Shown piece after piece: positions 50,709 to 64,000 of a DNA stretch of 64,000 nucleotides (position 1 is the stretch's first letter; every line of letters starts with the position of its first letter). The stretch is from Squalus acanthias (Eukaryota), in NCBI GenBank assembly GCA_030390025.1, contig CM059442.1:41788001-41852000 (forward strand), read 5' to 3'. The notes under the pieces are model-generated. The model made no database searches and had not been told where the DNA came from. It was given only the letters and a program-made list of their open reading frames with translations. The position numbers were made by a program, and so were the translations under genes.

Positions 50709-52600
50709 CATAGAATGTTACAGCACAGCAATAGGACATTCAACCCATCAAGTCTAGTTCAGCATTACTCTCCAGAAGCCAACTAGTCTAACCAACTCGC
50801 CTGCTCTTTTCACGAGCAATTATTCCCCAATTCTCTTTTAAAAGTATTTATGGACTTTACTTCAACAATTAGTGGCACAGAATTCCTCATTCTAACCAGC
50901 CTCTGTGTAAAGATTTTTGTTCTAACTTTCAATTTAATTCTTGGTGATCATCTTAAATTTGCATCTTCGCATTAGCATCTTGCCCAGTAATGGAAGCAAT
51001 TTATCACTCTCTACGCAATCATAATCCTTCACAATTTTGGAAAACTATCGTGTCATCTCTCAACATTGAGCCCCAGTGAAAAAAGTCCCAACTTCTCAAG
51101 CCTCTCCTCCCTGGTAACGTCCTAGTGAATCTATGCTGCGTGGTTATCATTGTTTTAATATTCTTCCTGCAACAGAATGCCCAAAACTGTGCACAGTATT
51201 CCAATTGCAGCCTAATTAAGGTCTTGTACAAGTTCAACATTATCACCTTGCTTTTGTATTCTATGCCTGTAGATACAAAAGCAAGTATTCCATTTGTCTC
51301 TCATCATATCTACATGCAATGCCATCATATTTTCACATTATATCACTCCATTGCTTTATGTACTTTAAAACCTCACCATTTAAAATGTACTTCCTTTCCT
51401 TAACCTTGCTTTCAAAATGTATTACTTCACATTTTTCTATATTGAACTGCATCTGCCTATTAACCTGTGTCCTTTCATAGGCCTGGTCAAAGCTTGCCAT
51501 TTATCCCAATTTGCCGTCATTAGTAAATGATGATATTGTTGCCTCAATTTAAAAAAAATCCAGATATTTATGTACAGTAATAAAGAGCTACCTTACACAG
51601 GGGCACAGTGCAGAATCACCCAAATGATAAAGGGTTAAACTGAGGACTGCTTGCATAATTCCCTTGAGTTTAGACAGTTGAGGGGTGATCTAATCAAGGT
51701 GTTTAAAATAATAAAAAGGAATTTGATAGGGTAGATATAGATAAACTATTTCGTCTGGTAGGGGAATCCAGAACAAGAGGGCATAATCTTAAAATTAGAG
51801 CTAGGCAATATAAGAGCGAAATCAGGAAGCACTTCCTCACAAATAGGGTAGTGGAAATGTGGAACTCTCTCCTCAAAAGGCTGTGCATGCTGGGTCAATT
51901 GAAATTTTCAAGACCAAGATCAATAGAGGTTTATTCGGTAAGATATCAAGAAATATTGAACAAAGGCGGGTAAATGGAGTTGAGGTAGTCAGTCATGGTC
52001 CAGCTGAATGGCAGAACAGGCTCAAGGAGCTAAATGGCCTATCCCAGTTCCTATATCACTTCACTCATACTTCCAATTAGAGCATGTTCTCTTTGCCCCT
52101 ACCCTTTACTTTCTGCTTTCTAATCCTCTCTCTACCCATGTAGCCACATCCCCTTTAATTCCATGAGCCATTATCTTTGCCTAATGTGGTACTTCAAATG
52201 ATTTTTGAAGCTATATGTAAGCTGCATCCACTGCATTATTCAGTCATCTCTCCTTACTCTTATTTGCATGAAGAATTCTGCAGTCAGTCAAGTACAACCT
52301 GCCCTTTAGAAATCCATGTTGACTGATGAACTTGTGTTTCTCCAAGTATTTAGTAATTTCATTCCATTGTATAGACTCTGGTAGTTTACAAACAACTGAA
52401 AACTAACTCGCCTAAAATTTACTGGCTTATCCCAGGCTCCTATTTTGAAGAGTGGTGTAACATTCGTCACCCTCCAGTCCTCTGGTACAATTTTCCACCC
52501 CACAGACCTTTAGAAAATTATAGTCAGAGCTTCTGCTATTTCTTCCCTAGCTTCACCTATGATTCTCAGATAGACACCATCAGGTCCCTGCGATTGTGTA
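50709..52600. mobile_element. Cluster of decayed CR1 fragments (minus ~50709-51560, plus ~51600-52060, minus ~52080-52600)
   Basis: LYKTLIRLQLEYC, VPEDWRVTNVTPLFK and RVVEMWNSL-type motifs. The plus copy appears nested in a minus copy. Confidence 0.75.
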
Positions 52601-54804
52601 CCATTTATACACAAGTGATTCAAGATGTACATCAGCTTCTAAGACAGTTGTCAGCTCAGTGTGTTAGAATGTAGCAAACAGACAGTCCGATCAACCCTTT
52701 GCTTGGCTCTGACAACAGTGGTATACAGTCATCAAATTGCAATTCAGCAGTGTTAACTATAGATTTTACATCAAATTTATCCCAATAGCAGCACACATTC
52801 AGCACCAAATTCACTTACAAGATAAGTTGGTGTATTTAATGTAAACTATGTGTATAGGTTATTCCTGGGGAATGAGGAAAGAGAAAAAGCAAGTTCCTGG
52901 TCCAAAATGAGTAATTTCATTTTACTGTCACTTAACAGTTCTATACATCTATTAAGCTCAAAAACCTACCAAAAGATAGCATCAACATTAAACTCATGGG
53001 ACCAAATCATAGACAACACTTTAGTTAACTTGGTTAGCACTTGATGGTCTGTGAAGCATACTGCTGGGTTGGAAGTCACGAACACATACAGTTATGGTCC
53101 TTTTGGTGAAAAGTCTTATTCTTTAAATATCGTGCTTCCAGGTTAAGTATAATACTACATTGTACCATACCACCATTAGCAGATAGCAACATTAGGGGGT
53201 GACCAGATTGACAACAAAGTTAACCGTAAGAATTTTGTTTACAAACCAGAAGTTTGCAAATTTCCTAACTTGCACTCACACAAATCAAAAAGGTTATTCG
53301 GACATCAGTTTTCAAAATACAGTAGCCTCAGATTTCAGGAACTATATATCATTTACCTTTCATTGAACATTTTGCCCAGCCACTGCTTACTTGGCAAAAC
53401 AAGCCACTGCAGCTACAGTAGACTTTACACTACTGAATTGTAAAATTTGGGGGATGGATTAGTACAACAAAATTATTCAATAGGACTGCCCATTTCCTTG
53501 GTGACCCATTTAAATAAATTCACTTTATGTAGAATATAAAAACACTCAAAATTGTCCATGAAATATTGCAAGCACGCAACAGTTCTGAATGAAGTTCATT
53601 TTAATTATATGGCTTTTCCAAAGGTATGCACTGCATGTTAAAATGATTCTCAACTGGAAAATGTTAGTACGTTTTTCTCAAGAAAAACAAACAACCACCT
53701 CATCAATAACCTTCAGTTGTAAGGATATGCAAAAAATCTCCCACTTCAGTAAACCACACACTCAGAAAACAGTGTCAATTCAGTCATTATTTCTCTCATG
53801 TAAATACATGGATAACAATTGTTTCTCTTTCAGATATAACTCATCAACAGTATACTAGTTTAGTATTTGCATATTTTGATTTTTATGTGCCCACAGGGAA
53901 TACAGATGGATTTCACAGCTGGAGTCAGGCCATGACCTGAGTTCTGAAGCCAATGGTGCAGGAGTCCACACAGCAGGGTTGAATGTGCGATACAGTGTAA
54001 AAGCAGTGCTCCACCCTCAACACTTCAGGGCCTCTAGCTTCTACAGGCATTAGCCTGGAACTTAGTTGCAGCTCACTGTTCTCTCTCCATTGAATTATTT
54101 CCAAATGCTACAGTGTGAGGCACCAGAAGGGGAAAGAGCATTTCTACCTGACCTGCCAAGGGAAAACTATGCCACTAAGCAACAGTGTCTACAGATTCCC
54201 ATCATATACCAGCAGCTATCACAACAGCTTGGATTAGTGGCAACCCCAATTCAGTTACACAGATCCCAAAATGAGGAAGATAGATGGCCAGACAAGATTT
54301 TTTTTGGTGTGTGTGTGTGGGGGGGGGGGCGCGTAGGTAAAGCACACAAGCTCAAATTTGAGAGTTTAAAAAAAAAGTTTGTTTTATAGGAAAACCAAAA
54401 CCTTATGTTCTCATGCTTCACAAATCATTTCATCTGTGAAATATCATGAATGTTTTAACTTCCAACCTTATTTTTGTATTGGAAATTAGCATTTTAAATT
54501 AATTCATAGTACAAGTTTAAATCAAACTGAAGTATAAACAATTAGAGCCAACTTTTGTTAACAGTTGAGAACGCCAGCTTCATAACTGCATATGATGAAC
54601 TAGTTCTGTATTAATCAGAATTCAACTATACTGAAATTCTTTTGATAAAGCCACAACACCGTAGTCCTGATTCTTCAACCCCACACTTACTGCGAGTGAA
54701 GCTTCCCACTGGAAATACAGGATCACAGAATTACAGCAGGTTTCCTTCCCTGAAGGACATTAATGAACCAGTTGAGTTTTTATGACAATCTGACAGCTTC
54801 ATGG

Positions 54805-55885
54805 TGTTGTTAGACTGTTTGTCTGACATCCAACCTTGGATAGCCACATTATTATCCAGATAAACATTGGGAAGACTGAAGCCATAAACTCCAATTCCAT
54901 CCCCCTCCCTGGCCACAGTCTCAGGCTGAACCAAAATGTTTGCAACCACATCCTATTTGACCCCGAGCTGAGCTCCTGGCCCCTTTCTATCATAAAGACT
55001 GCCTTCTTCCACCTCCAAAACATAGTCTGCCTCCACCTATCTGCTGCTAAACTCCTCACCTACGTATTAGTCGTCTCCAAACTCAAACGTTGTGGCCAGC
55101 CTCCCATCCTCCGTCATATATTGAGTTAATTCAAAACACAATTTCCTGTATCTTACCCCACACCAAGTACCGCTCACCCACTCCCCCCATTCTCACTGAC
55201 CCTATATGGGCTCCCCAACCCTCAATGCCGGATTTAAAATTCTTATGCTCACCCCTCCCCATCTCTAACCTCTTCCAGCCATACAACCCCCCGTCCCCAA
55301 ACTCTACTCTTGTACACCCCTCCCACAACCATTGCTTCACCACTGCCGGCTGTGCCTTCAACCAGTTAGGAAGCATGCTCTTTAAAGTCTGGACACCACC
55401 ACACTTTAGGAAGGGCGTCAAGGCCTTAGAGGGTGCAGAGGAGATTTAGTAAAATGGTACCAGGGATGAAAGTCTTCAGTTATGTGGAGAGACTAGAGGA
55501 ACTGGGGTTGTAAGTAAGGAGAAATTGTTTCTAATGGCAGAAGGGTCAGTAACCAGAGGACACAGATTTAAGGCAATTGGCAAAAGAACCAGAGGCAACA
55601 TGATGAAAAAATAATTACGCAACAAGTTGTGATCTGGAATACACTGCCTGAAAGGGTGGCGGAAGCAGATTCAATAATAACTTTCAAAAGGGAACTGGGT
55701 AAATACCTGAAGTGGAAAGATTTGCAGGACTATGAGAAAAGAGCAGAGGAGTGGGACTAATTGGATAGCTCAAAGAGCCAGCACAGGCACGATGGGCCAA
55801 AATGTCTCCTTCTGTGCTGTATTATATAATTCCCTCTGCCTCTCCACCTCCTCCTCCTCCTCAAAATCTACTACTTTGACCAAGC
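54805..55885 (+). mobile_element. L2 fragment interrupted by a CR1 3' end (55388-55825)
   Basis: L2 similarity to 32090-32823 stops near 55370 and resumes near 55828 (aattccctc...ctttgaccaagct). Confidence 0.75.
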
Positions 55886-56406
55886 TCATTTGATTCTGAA
55901 GGTTCTATTTCTGCTGCACAGACTGGGAACTTTACACTAAAGCCAAGATTACATATTAACAGTGAGCAGCAGCAGCTGTAAATGAAAGCTGTAAATGTAA
56001 GCAGGGAGGCAGCAGGATTATAGTGATATTGTAGCATAACCTAAATTATCACTAACAATGGGGTACTACAATTCTGAATGTCAAACTCAGATCACAAATG
56101 ATGCAAAATCAAAATGGTGGCCAATAATGTGCACCTGCCTTTTGCACAAACAAACCAGAAACAAAGATGTCTGGCAGCTTCATACACTCCACTTTATATA
56201 AAAGCTTTCATACTTTCCACTCTAGGAAGTGCCTGAAAACATCTTTATTGTAAAATTAAGTGGTACTCATTTTCTATCTTCTTTGATACTCGATTGTCTG
56301 CTTTCTTTTTAGTGATGAGATAAATGAACATTGCATCCAAGCCAGAGTTTCTTGCTTACGTTCAAAAAAAATCTCTTTAAAAAGACAGGATGGAAAACAG
56401 ATTCTC

Positions 56407-57125
56407 ATAGAATCATACAGCAGAGATGGTCATTCGGACCATCATGCCTGTGCAGACTCTTGAAAGAGACTTACCCTAGCATTTTCCCATAACCCTGCAA
56501 ATTAGTCCTCTACAAGTACACGTCCAATGGTCTTTTGAAAGTTCCTATGGAATCCGATTCCGCCACCCATTCAGGTAGTGCATTCCAAATCTTAACCCTG
56601 TGTGAAGAAATTTCTCATTTCCCCTCCAGTTCTTTTGCCAATTATTTTAAATCGATGACTTCTGGTTACCGACCCACTTGCAAGAGAAACAGTTTCTCCC
56701 AGTTTCTATCAAAACCACTCAATTTTGAATACCTCTATTAGGTCTCCCTTTAACCTTCTCTGCTCTAAGGAGAGCAATCCCAGCTGCTCCAATCTCTCCA
56801 CATAACTGAAGTCCCTCATGCCTGCTATCATTCTGGTAAACCTCTCTGTACACTCGCCAAAGCCTTGACATCCTTCCTAAAGTGTGATGCCCAGAATTGG
56901 CCACAATACTCCAGCTGAGGCCTAACCAGAGATTTGTAAAGGTTTAAGCATGACTTCCTTGTTTTTTTATTCAATGCCCCTATTTAGAAAGCCAAGAATC
57001 CCATATGCTTTAACTGCCTTATCAACTTGCCCTGCCACCTTCAAAGATTTGTGAATATGCACTCCCAGGTCACTCTGCTCTTGCACCCCCCTCAAAATAG
57101 TACCATTTAGCTTATACTGCCTCTC
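56407..57125 (-). mobile_element. CR1 3' fragment
   Basis: YKLNGTILRGVQEQSDLGVHIHKSLKVAGQV. catagaatcatac tail. Confidence 0.85.
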
Positions 57126-57369
57126 CACACTTAGCCGCAAGTTACAACTTAATGGCAATAGTGCCATCCCAAGCCTAGATACCATATAGTCTACTTCTCT
57201 TAATTAAAAGTTCATATCCATTTATCTGATAATTCAAAAAAATTGTAAGCACTAAATTCCCATTTTGCTGTGCATTTAAGTTGCTTAATTCAAAATGTTG
57301 GATAATTCAAATCTTTTAGCATAAACTCAATTTGGAATTAACAGGAGTCGACTGTAGTTGAGAACATAC

Positions 57370-57880
57370 CAATCAGCACATTGATAACTGGCAAAATAAT
57401 TGAAGCAAAGAGCACCTAAATGAAAATAACCTAGTAAGTGGTAGTTTGGGAAAGGGCATATCCTGCCCAACTAACTCCTTGACTTTTTTTGGGGAAATTA
57501 TATCCCAAGTTGATGTTGGAAAGCTCCATGATGTGATGTACCTAGATTTTCAGAAATCCTTCAATAAAGTTTCACATGAAACACTGCTGCATAATGTTAA
57601 GACAGTGGATAGCCCAGGCAAAACCTGGAAGTGGATGAGGATTTGCTGAGAGAGATGAAGCAGATGCACTGAGTGAAGTGCCACATGAATCAATGCTGGG
57701 GTCCCTACCGTTTCTGAACTACTTAAATGACCAGCATTTTAGAAACAACACAAGTTGGTCTAATTCACAGCTGATACTAAATCAAAGGGAAGAGAAGAGT
57801 CTGATGAAGCAGCCAAGGAGTTACAGAAGGGCTCAGACAACATTTGAACTATGGCAGGTGAAATACAAGCTACGTGCAAG
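57370..57880 (+). mobile_element. Old CR1 RT fragment
   Basis: SCPTNSLTFF...DVMYLDFQKSFNKVSH. Confidence 0.75.
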
Positions 57881-58274
57881 GCCTTACAGATGAGGAAAAA
57901 ATGGATGGTGCTGAATTGGCTTGGGGAGAGGTGGAAAGACATCAGGAAGTGAAAGAAAGACATCAGGAAGTGAAAGTAAACTCAATGACCATGTTCAGTA
58001 ATTGCAGAGCATCAATTAATGAAAACAGATCCTTTAATTAGAAATTAAAGGTTTTGAATGAGAAATAAAATTCTAATAAAAACAAAAAAAAGAGTCACAT
58101 TGTGCCTCTGGTGCTTAGTTTTCCCATATTGAATCCTCTTGCTTGGACTCACTAGAAAAGGACAGTTAAACTGTTTGTACTATTAAACTATACCTAAGTT
58201 TCATTTTAAGTCCCAAAACTGCCATCAGATCAAATCAGCAGCAGAGAAAGTAAGCCAGGATTGATACTACAGGT

Positions 58275-58306
58275 ACAATAGCAAAATACTGCGGATGCTG
58301 GAAATC
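58275..58306 (-). mobile_element. 32-nt Penelope-like tail-only insertion with 13-bp TSD
   Basis: aaaatactgcggatgctggaaatc is identical to 45237-45260. TGATACTACAGGT lies at 58262-58274 and 58307-58319. Confidence 0.85.
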
Positions 58307-59274
58307 TGATACTACAGGTGTTATTTTCTGACTTTGATTCCGACAGGGAGCCTTAGCCACCAAGAGCTCACATTGGAAATTCCAGAGCACACAAAGATGT
58401 TCTGACCATTAACTTATCAGAAAAACCATGTGCAGCGCTGGAGTTTCCAATGAGTTCATTGGAGCAACACTGGAGCTTTGAAAATCTTTCAAATGCATCA
58501 CCAAAAGCAGACAAAATTAGCTTCTTGCCAAGAATCATAAAGGTTATAATTATTTTTAACAAACGTAATACTTGTCTGCCTCAACACAAATGCAAGTTAT
58601 CACAATACTATGGGAACCAGCAGAAAAAAACCAGCAGTGAGAGAAAAACCACTACCTTAGCAAAGAACATACTTAATGCTTTCATACTTTTACTCAAGGG
58701 TTTGGAGAAAAGAAACACATACTGGACTGTACCAGAAAATGCACCAACAAATCATACATACAATGAATAAGAAAGCTTGCATGAGGCTTAAAAAAAAAGC
58801 CACCCTTCTGCCACTAACAAGTTGCCATTTCACATTTTATTAATGTTAATTCTAGACAGTAAGACAGTACAGGCTTTGCAAAAACATTAGCAATGTTACT
58901 GTTCATGTCCCAAACCCTCAATAGGGCAAATTTAAGAGATAGATCATCCTACAATAAAAAAAGTTTTAAAATTAACAATTTTGATGGTGCCTGAACATAA
59001 CCCAAAGAGCAATGTTAAAATATCAATATACTGAAATTTGAAAGTTATCCTATACCCACATATTTTATCATTTAATCAAAAAGAGCCAAATCCTGTTCTG
59101 TTCTTCCACGCTCAAATCCTTCGATGTAACCATTTGCCACTTAAAAAAAAAAACTTATTGAACAGTTACTAAACAGGTTGCGTGCAGGCTAGATTCCTGG
59201 ATAATCAACTTTAACAGTCTTATGGAATCTCAATGCGAGTACTTTATGTAATATACATTTGACTTCACTATTAT

Positions 59275-59930
59275 GGGCCAGAATTTGCTGTCAAAATTGA
59301 GGCTAATGGCACTCACCATTATTTATGCCCAAATGCTACAGCAACTTCAGCTGAGGGGCAAATATGCGGTTAAATGCGGATATCCAAAAGTTGCTGCCCG
59401 AGATGCGCTGCTCCGCCGTTAGTTTTGGGAAAACAGCATCTCGATGTCTGCCTCACCATTGAATGGTGTGAAGTTGCTGTATTTGCGTGGTACCACACAA
59501 AGTTTAGTCTTGTCCATTTCAGTCCAAGTACCCTTCTAATGATGTGATGATTACTGCTGGTCTAGCTCTCTGGCACTGATAATTAACTATTACAATTGTG
59601 GAGTCTCACTTCTTCAGGTTTTAATAGTTGTTGGAGATTTTAAAAATGTCAAACTTTATTTTTGTTTTATTTTTTCTTTGTCTTTTTTCCCCTCTCAATC
59701 CAGTCTGTCACTTTCTTTCTGTACCTGATTTGACATTGAATTCACCCACTCTAATTTACACTTCCTTCTCAGTCCTTGTACTGTTAACCAATCAGATTGA
59801 AAGATTATGAAATTAAGGATATACACAGTTGCTTGCCCTCTTCACTCAGGTCCCAGATGCCCCATTTCCCTCGCTGCACCGTTATCAGCTCACACTTTCA
59901 GCAACTTAACATGCAAAAAATGTTTTAATT
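59275..59930. mobile_element. Second copy of the TIR element at 20656-21630 (right end missing)
   Basis: Starts GGGCCAGAATTTGC and has collinear shared blocks. Confidence 0.6.
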
Positions 59931-62064
59931 GATGGTGGGAATGAAGAGGCATTATATAAAACTAAGTAATGTATTTTGAATATACAGGGTGTAGAAAAGA
60001 TAGAATAGGTAGAAATAAAGTGAGTGAAACTAAAATAGGAATGATGAGGATGGAATAGAAAGCAAAGAACAAGTAGTGTCATTTTAAAAAAGGGTTAAGG
60101 GTTTATTTTTAGTTATATAAGGATATACACGAATAAAGCTACAAGTAACATTTAATAGGTTTATTCCTGTAATCTTTAGGTTTATTTGAATGTCAGTGTG
60201 AGCTCAAAACTTTAAAAAGTGGCAGGCCCAGGAAGACTGGAATTTCCTTGGACCTGCTGGCAATCTCAGGGTTAATATGTTGCTAAACCACACAAAACAC
60301 AAGCATCACATACACACAAGAACCATGCTGCCAATCTAAACATACAACTGTTATTCGTAAAGCATTCAGTTTAATACCTCTTCAGAGTTACAAAGACCAA
60401 GATTTTGATGTCCCACAAGATCATACATCCAATTAGAGGTTTTCTCAAGCTAGTAAGGTACACATTAGCCTCGACACTACAAATTAAACTCAATGCAAAT
60501 AATACAATTGAAAGCAGTCTTCTGATCTGAACACATGTCCTAGGTTGCCAGAAACTAACGAGACTTTGCAGCTACAGACATGTCTAAAGAAAACCCTATA
60601 TCAGGGTCAAATTTCACTTAGCTCTATCAGGAGAAAAAAAGTTAATACATTCAAATATATTCATCAGGAGGTAGTCGCTACAGGCAATTTTGAAGAGCGA
60701 CTTTTACATCACAGATAAATCTTGTGGTGTTGCTCACCACAGAATTTATTTTTGTGATCAACTTTGATACGTCCATATCTTTTAAATATAGCTATCAATA
60801 TTTCCTTCAACCTTTTATCAAAGAAAATTTGGTTTATCATGTCAACATCTCAATACATGGTATTGAGTTTTCTTCTACTTCCATCACTATAGGTCTCTTT
60901 TCCATTCCAGCTTGTAGTCCATTAGTCCAGATTCCAAGTTTTCTCGAGATCGCGAGAGAAAAAACAGCCTCCATTTATTCCTCAATCGCAGTGTTGCTGT
61001 AATGGTGGATGGTGACTTCTTGTGCTTTCTATGCAGTTTGGGTTGGACAATGCTGATGAAAGGAGTTTGCGAAGATGGTTCTTATAAAATCCTGTTAGAG
61101 AGAACAAGGCTCATCAGGAGCAAGAGTGTGAAGCCAGAACAGGAGCCAGGGGATCGTCAAGACCACGGAGGCAGCCAAGTTATAGGGAGGTCAGTGCAGC
61201 TACATCAAGAAAAATATGGTGGGGGTACACACTCAGCAGTAGACTATAATAAAAGGGGGGGAAAAATTAAATGGCCAGTACAGCTGAAAAAGAGGGGCTG
61301 TGGCAAAATGGGTCTCATGCTGGGGAGGAAATGCAGGTTTGGCAGGAAGAGGAGCAGGCTTAGCAGCCAAGTTGCAAAGAAAGCTGCAGCAAAGATGAAG
61401 GGTAGAAGCGAGAGGGTACGTGATCGAAAAATGGATGCTGGTGAATGCTCTAAGGATTTCTTAAAAATTGGTGTGATAGCAAGCAGCCAGTGATTGAGGC
61501 AAATGTTGAAAGTAACAAAATTAACAGATATAGCTGGGCAATCGTACCACCAGTGGTGGGAGGGGTGATTTGCATTGGTTAGTATTGCTTAGTGAAATAA
61601 CAAAAGCAAGTGCTTCGGTTAGGGGTTACCAGTAGCCATTACCAAATGTTACAAAAGCGTTACTAAATCATGACAACGAGAAATAGGCATGATAAAGAGG
61701 AAAACTCAATAATTTTGATACATTATCCGATAAAGCGCGGAGGAGAGAATACTAGAAGCTGAAGAAAAATATCCCATCAGTGGAGCTTACGGAACATAAT
61801 CAACCTGCACCAACCAAATTCTGCTCACAGGAGCAACAGCTCTGGGTAAAAATAGCAAGTCCAAGCCCAGACATTTGGGAGAGGCAGAGGCATTCAAGTA
61901 AAAACTTTATTGAAGGCATTAAAAGACAATTCATTGGATAAATTTAATCATGTGGTGAAATATGTTTAGAACTTTTGTTTAAACCCTTATTTTGGACATT
62001 AGAAAAAAAATTGTTGGATGAAAAAAATCTCAAAGCATTTTGAGTGCTTTGTGGGAACCCAGTA

Positions 62065-62392
62065 CAGGAAACTCTTTGGTATCCGGCACCGATGGGACCG
62101 GCGTGGTGCCGGTTGATCAAAAGTTCCGGATAACGGAGAGTTATATCTACCGAGGCTATTTTTAACAAACAAAAATCAGACTCCTGTTACTGCCGTGTTC
62201 GGACTTCCGACAGTGCCAGGAGGCAGAGTAGTGGCACTTTGGAGAACTACCCCCACTGACTAACTCGGCGTTCGCGGGAGACTCAGACTTGGCAACATTG
62301 CTGGTTATTTGAGAGGAGTTTTCGGAGTATGATTTTTGCCGGTTAAGAGAGAATTCTGGATATTTAGGTGCCGGTTAAACAAGAGTTTCCTG
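62065..62392. mobile_element. Tc1/mariner-pogo (Tigger-like) MITE, 328 bp
   Basis: TIR CAGGAAACTCTT....A.CCGGCACC at both ends (~26 bp). TA TSD at 62063-62064 and 62393-62394. Confidence 0.85.
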
Positions 62393-62599
62393 TATCTCTA
62401 AAATAGCAGCTATTGCATGTCACACAGAATTACACCATTAATATTGAAGATGCCAATCAGTGCCACCTACAGGATTAACAGGTACTTACAATGGGTTTTC
62501 AATGAAACAGGACCCCATCAACTGAATTTAATACATAATTGATAGAGACCAATCTATAATCTATCAGGATACATAATATACTGTAGCAGTGAATTAAAA

Positions 62600-63032
62600 G
62601 AGTTGTATTTATACAGCACCGTATCATGAGACATTTTCAAGGGACAAGGCACTTTGCATTCGATTAGTTACTTGCGAGTGTAATATGGATAGCAACCATT
62701 TTACTCACAGCAAGGCCATAAAAACACCAATGCTATAAATAACCAGTTATTCTGTTTTGTTTTCGTGATGTTGGTTGAGGGAGGAATGCCACCCAGGGAG
62801 ACCTTCCTGCTCCTCATCTTCGAATAGTGACATGGAATCTTTAAAATCCACCTGGACCACTGGAAGAGAGAGCTTTGATTTAACATCTCACCTAAAAGGA
62901 CAGCAACTCCGACAATAGAGTGCTCCTTCACTACTGCACCAGTGATGGACTAGATTGTGTGCTTAAGTTTGGAGCTATGCTTAAACTCGTAGGCTTCTGA
63001 GTCAGAGGTGAGAGTGCCATCAACTAAGCCAG
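62600..63032 (-). mobile_element. Full-length decayed tRNA-derived Deu-domain SINE
   Basis: Head TGGCTTAGTTGATGGCACTCTCACCTCTGACTCAGAAG...GAGTTTAAGC (A/B-box-like), Deu-like core, tail gtgctgtataaatacaac. Confidence 0.7.
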
Positions 63033-64000
63033 GTTGACGCATGCTATGCAGTAAGAGAAGATCAGGATGGAATCTACCAATCACCCAAAAGTGGGTATTT
63101 TGAATTCTGTATTGCCCCACATTTAACAGAAAATTTATACTTGTGGGTACCAGCAAAATCTGACTAACTGCACTTTTTGTGCTCATCAACTTTGAACCTT
63201 AGTTTCAACATTTTAGTAACAGTTGTCAACGCTGATCTCAATTAAATATTTAGTTTAATAACTACTGTGCAATACCATCCATCAGTTTTAAAAGGGTTAT
63301 GTTTTATTACACACATTTTCCAATTGGCTATATAGGAGGCTCTTACCAAGCAGTTTTAACATACCAAATAAAAACTTTTATTTTCCTTCAAAAGTAAATC
63401 CCTCGTCCAGTAGTTCTTGTGCCACAATAATTCTCAAATTCTGAACCAACCCCCAAGTTCTCCCTAGTCCTGTACCAGTAGATGTTTTAAAAATAAATCA
63501 CCATACACTAGGTTTGGAGAAACAACATTACTTCGGGTCAGTTTTCTAAATTGTGCATGGCATTTGTGGCTGACATTTATACTTTTGCCCTTTAACAGAT
63601 AACGTATCTGCAGGCAGCAGGCTGTGCTTCTCTATGAAGGAATGGTAATGCATGCAGTGCAATGTACAATCGCATTAATACCGACTTAACAAAAAACAAG
63701 CATTATTTAGCTAATTAATTAGGGAAGAAATTTAATACAAGTCACAAGAAATTTTCACTGTGCTCCAATGATTTGTGACTGTCCTAGACCCAAGTAAAGA
63801 TGCCAGATGCAGGCACAAAATAACTTAATCTAAACAGCTCCCTTTTCAAGCAATAAAGCATCCTGATCTTCATACTCAACTACTTTAGACAGAAAACAAT
63901 GATACAATGAGCAAAGCAAGGCTGAGATGCTTGCCACATTGACTAGATAGCTTGTTTGGTTTATCCTATCTTCTCAATGCTAGACAGGCAGTAGGGATAT

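Larger units (their letters stand above)
1..64000 (-). other. AXIN1: AXIN1 gene body, partial (intron 2 to intron 6, human numbering)
   Basis: Four spliceable minus-strand exons join into one continuous Axin1 reading frame. No RGS-domain or DIX-domain exon was seen in the window. Confidence 0.93.

Noticed and set aside
57934-57976. Tandem GAAAGACATCAGGAAGTGAAA duplication
   Set aside because: Simple two-unit slippage duplication.

Overview
Vertebrate genomic DNA. The repeat content (CR1 and L2 LINEs, Deu-domain SINEs, Penelope-like elements) points to a cartilaginous fish; this taxon is an inference. The whole window lies inside AXIN1 on the minus strand. Four internal coding exons are present, equivalent to human exons 3-6: 35749-35609, 15108-15012, 8021-7884 and 5228-4678. 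All have canonical AG/GT sites and consistent phases, and together they encode the GSK3-binding and beta-catenin-binding regions. The RGS exon and the DIX exons lie outside the window. The introns hold many CR1, L2, Tx1 and RTE fragments, SINEs, and hAT, Tc1/pogo and Harbinger-like non-autonomous elements. The most notable signal is a Penelope-like family carrying minimal hammerhead ribozyme motifs. It includes a 199-bp near-perfect fold-back insertion with one intact and one mutated hammerhead, and a 32-nt tail-only insertion with a 13-bp TSD. A young CR1 sits 67 nt from the exon 6 donor with a potential in-frame cryptic acceptor. I see no prokaryote-type systems and cannot claim a wholly new system from sequence alone.
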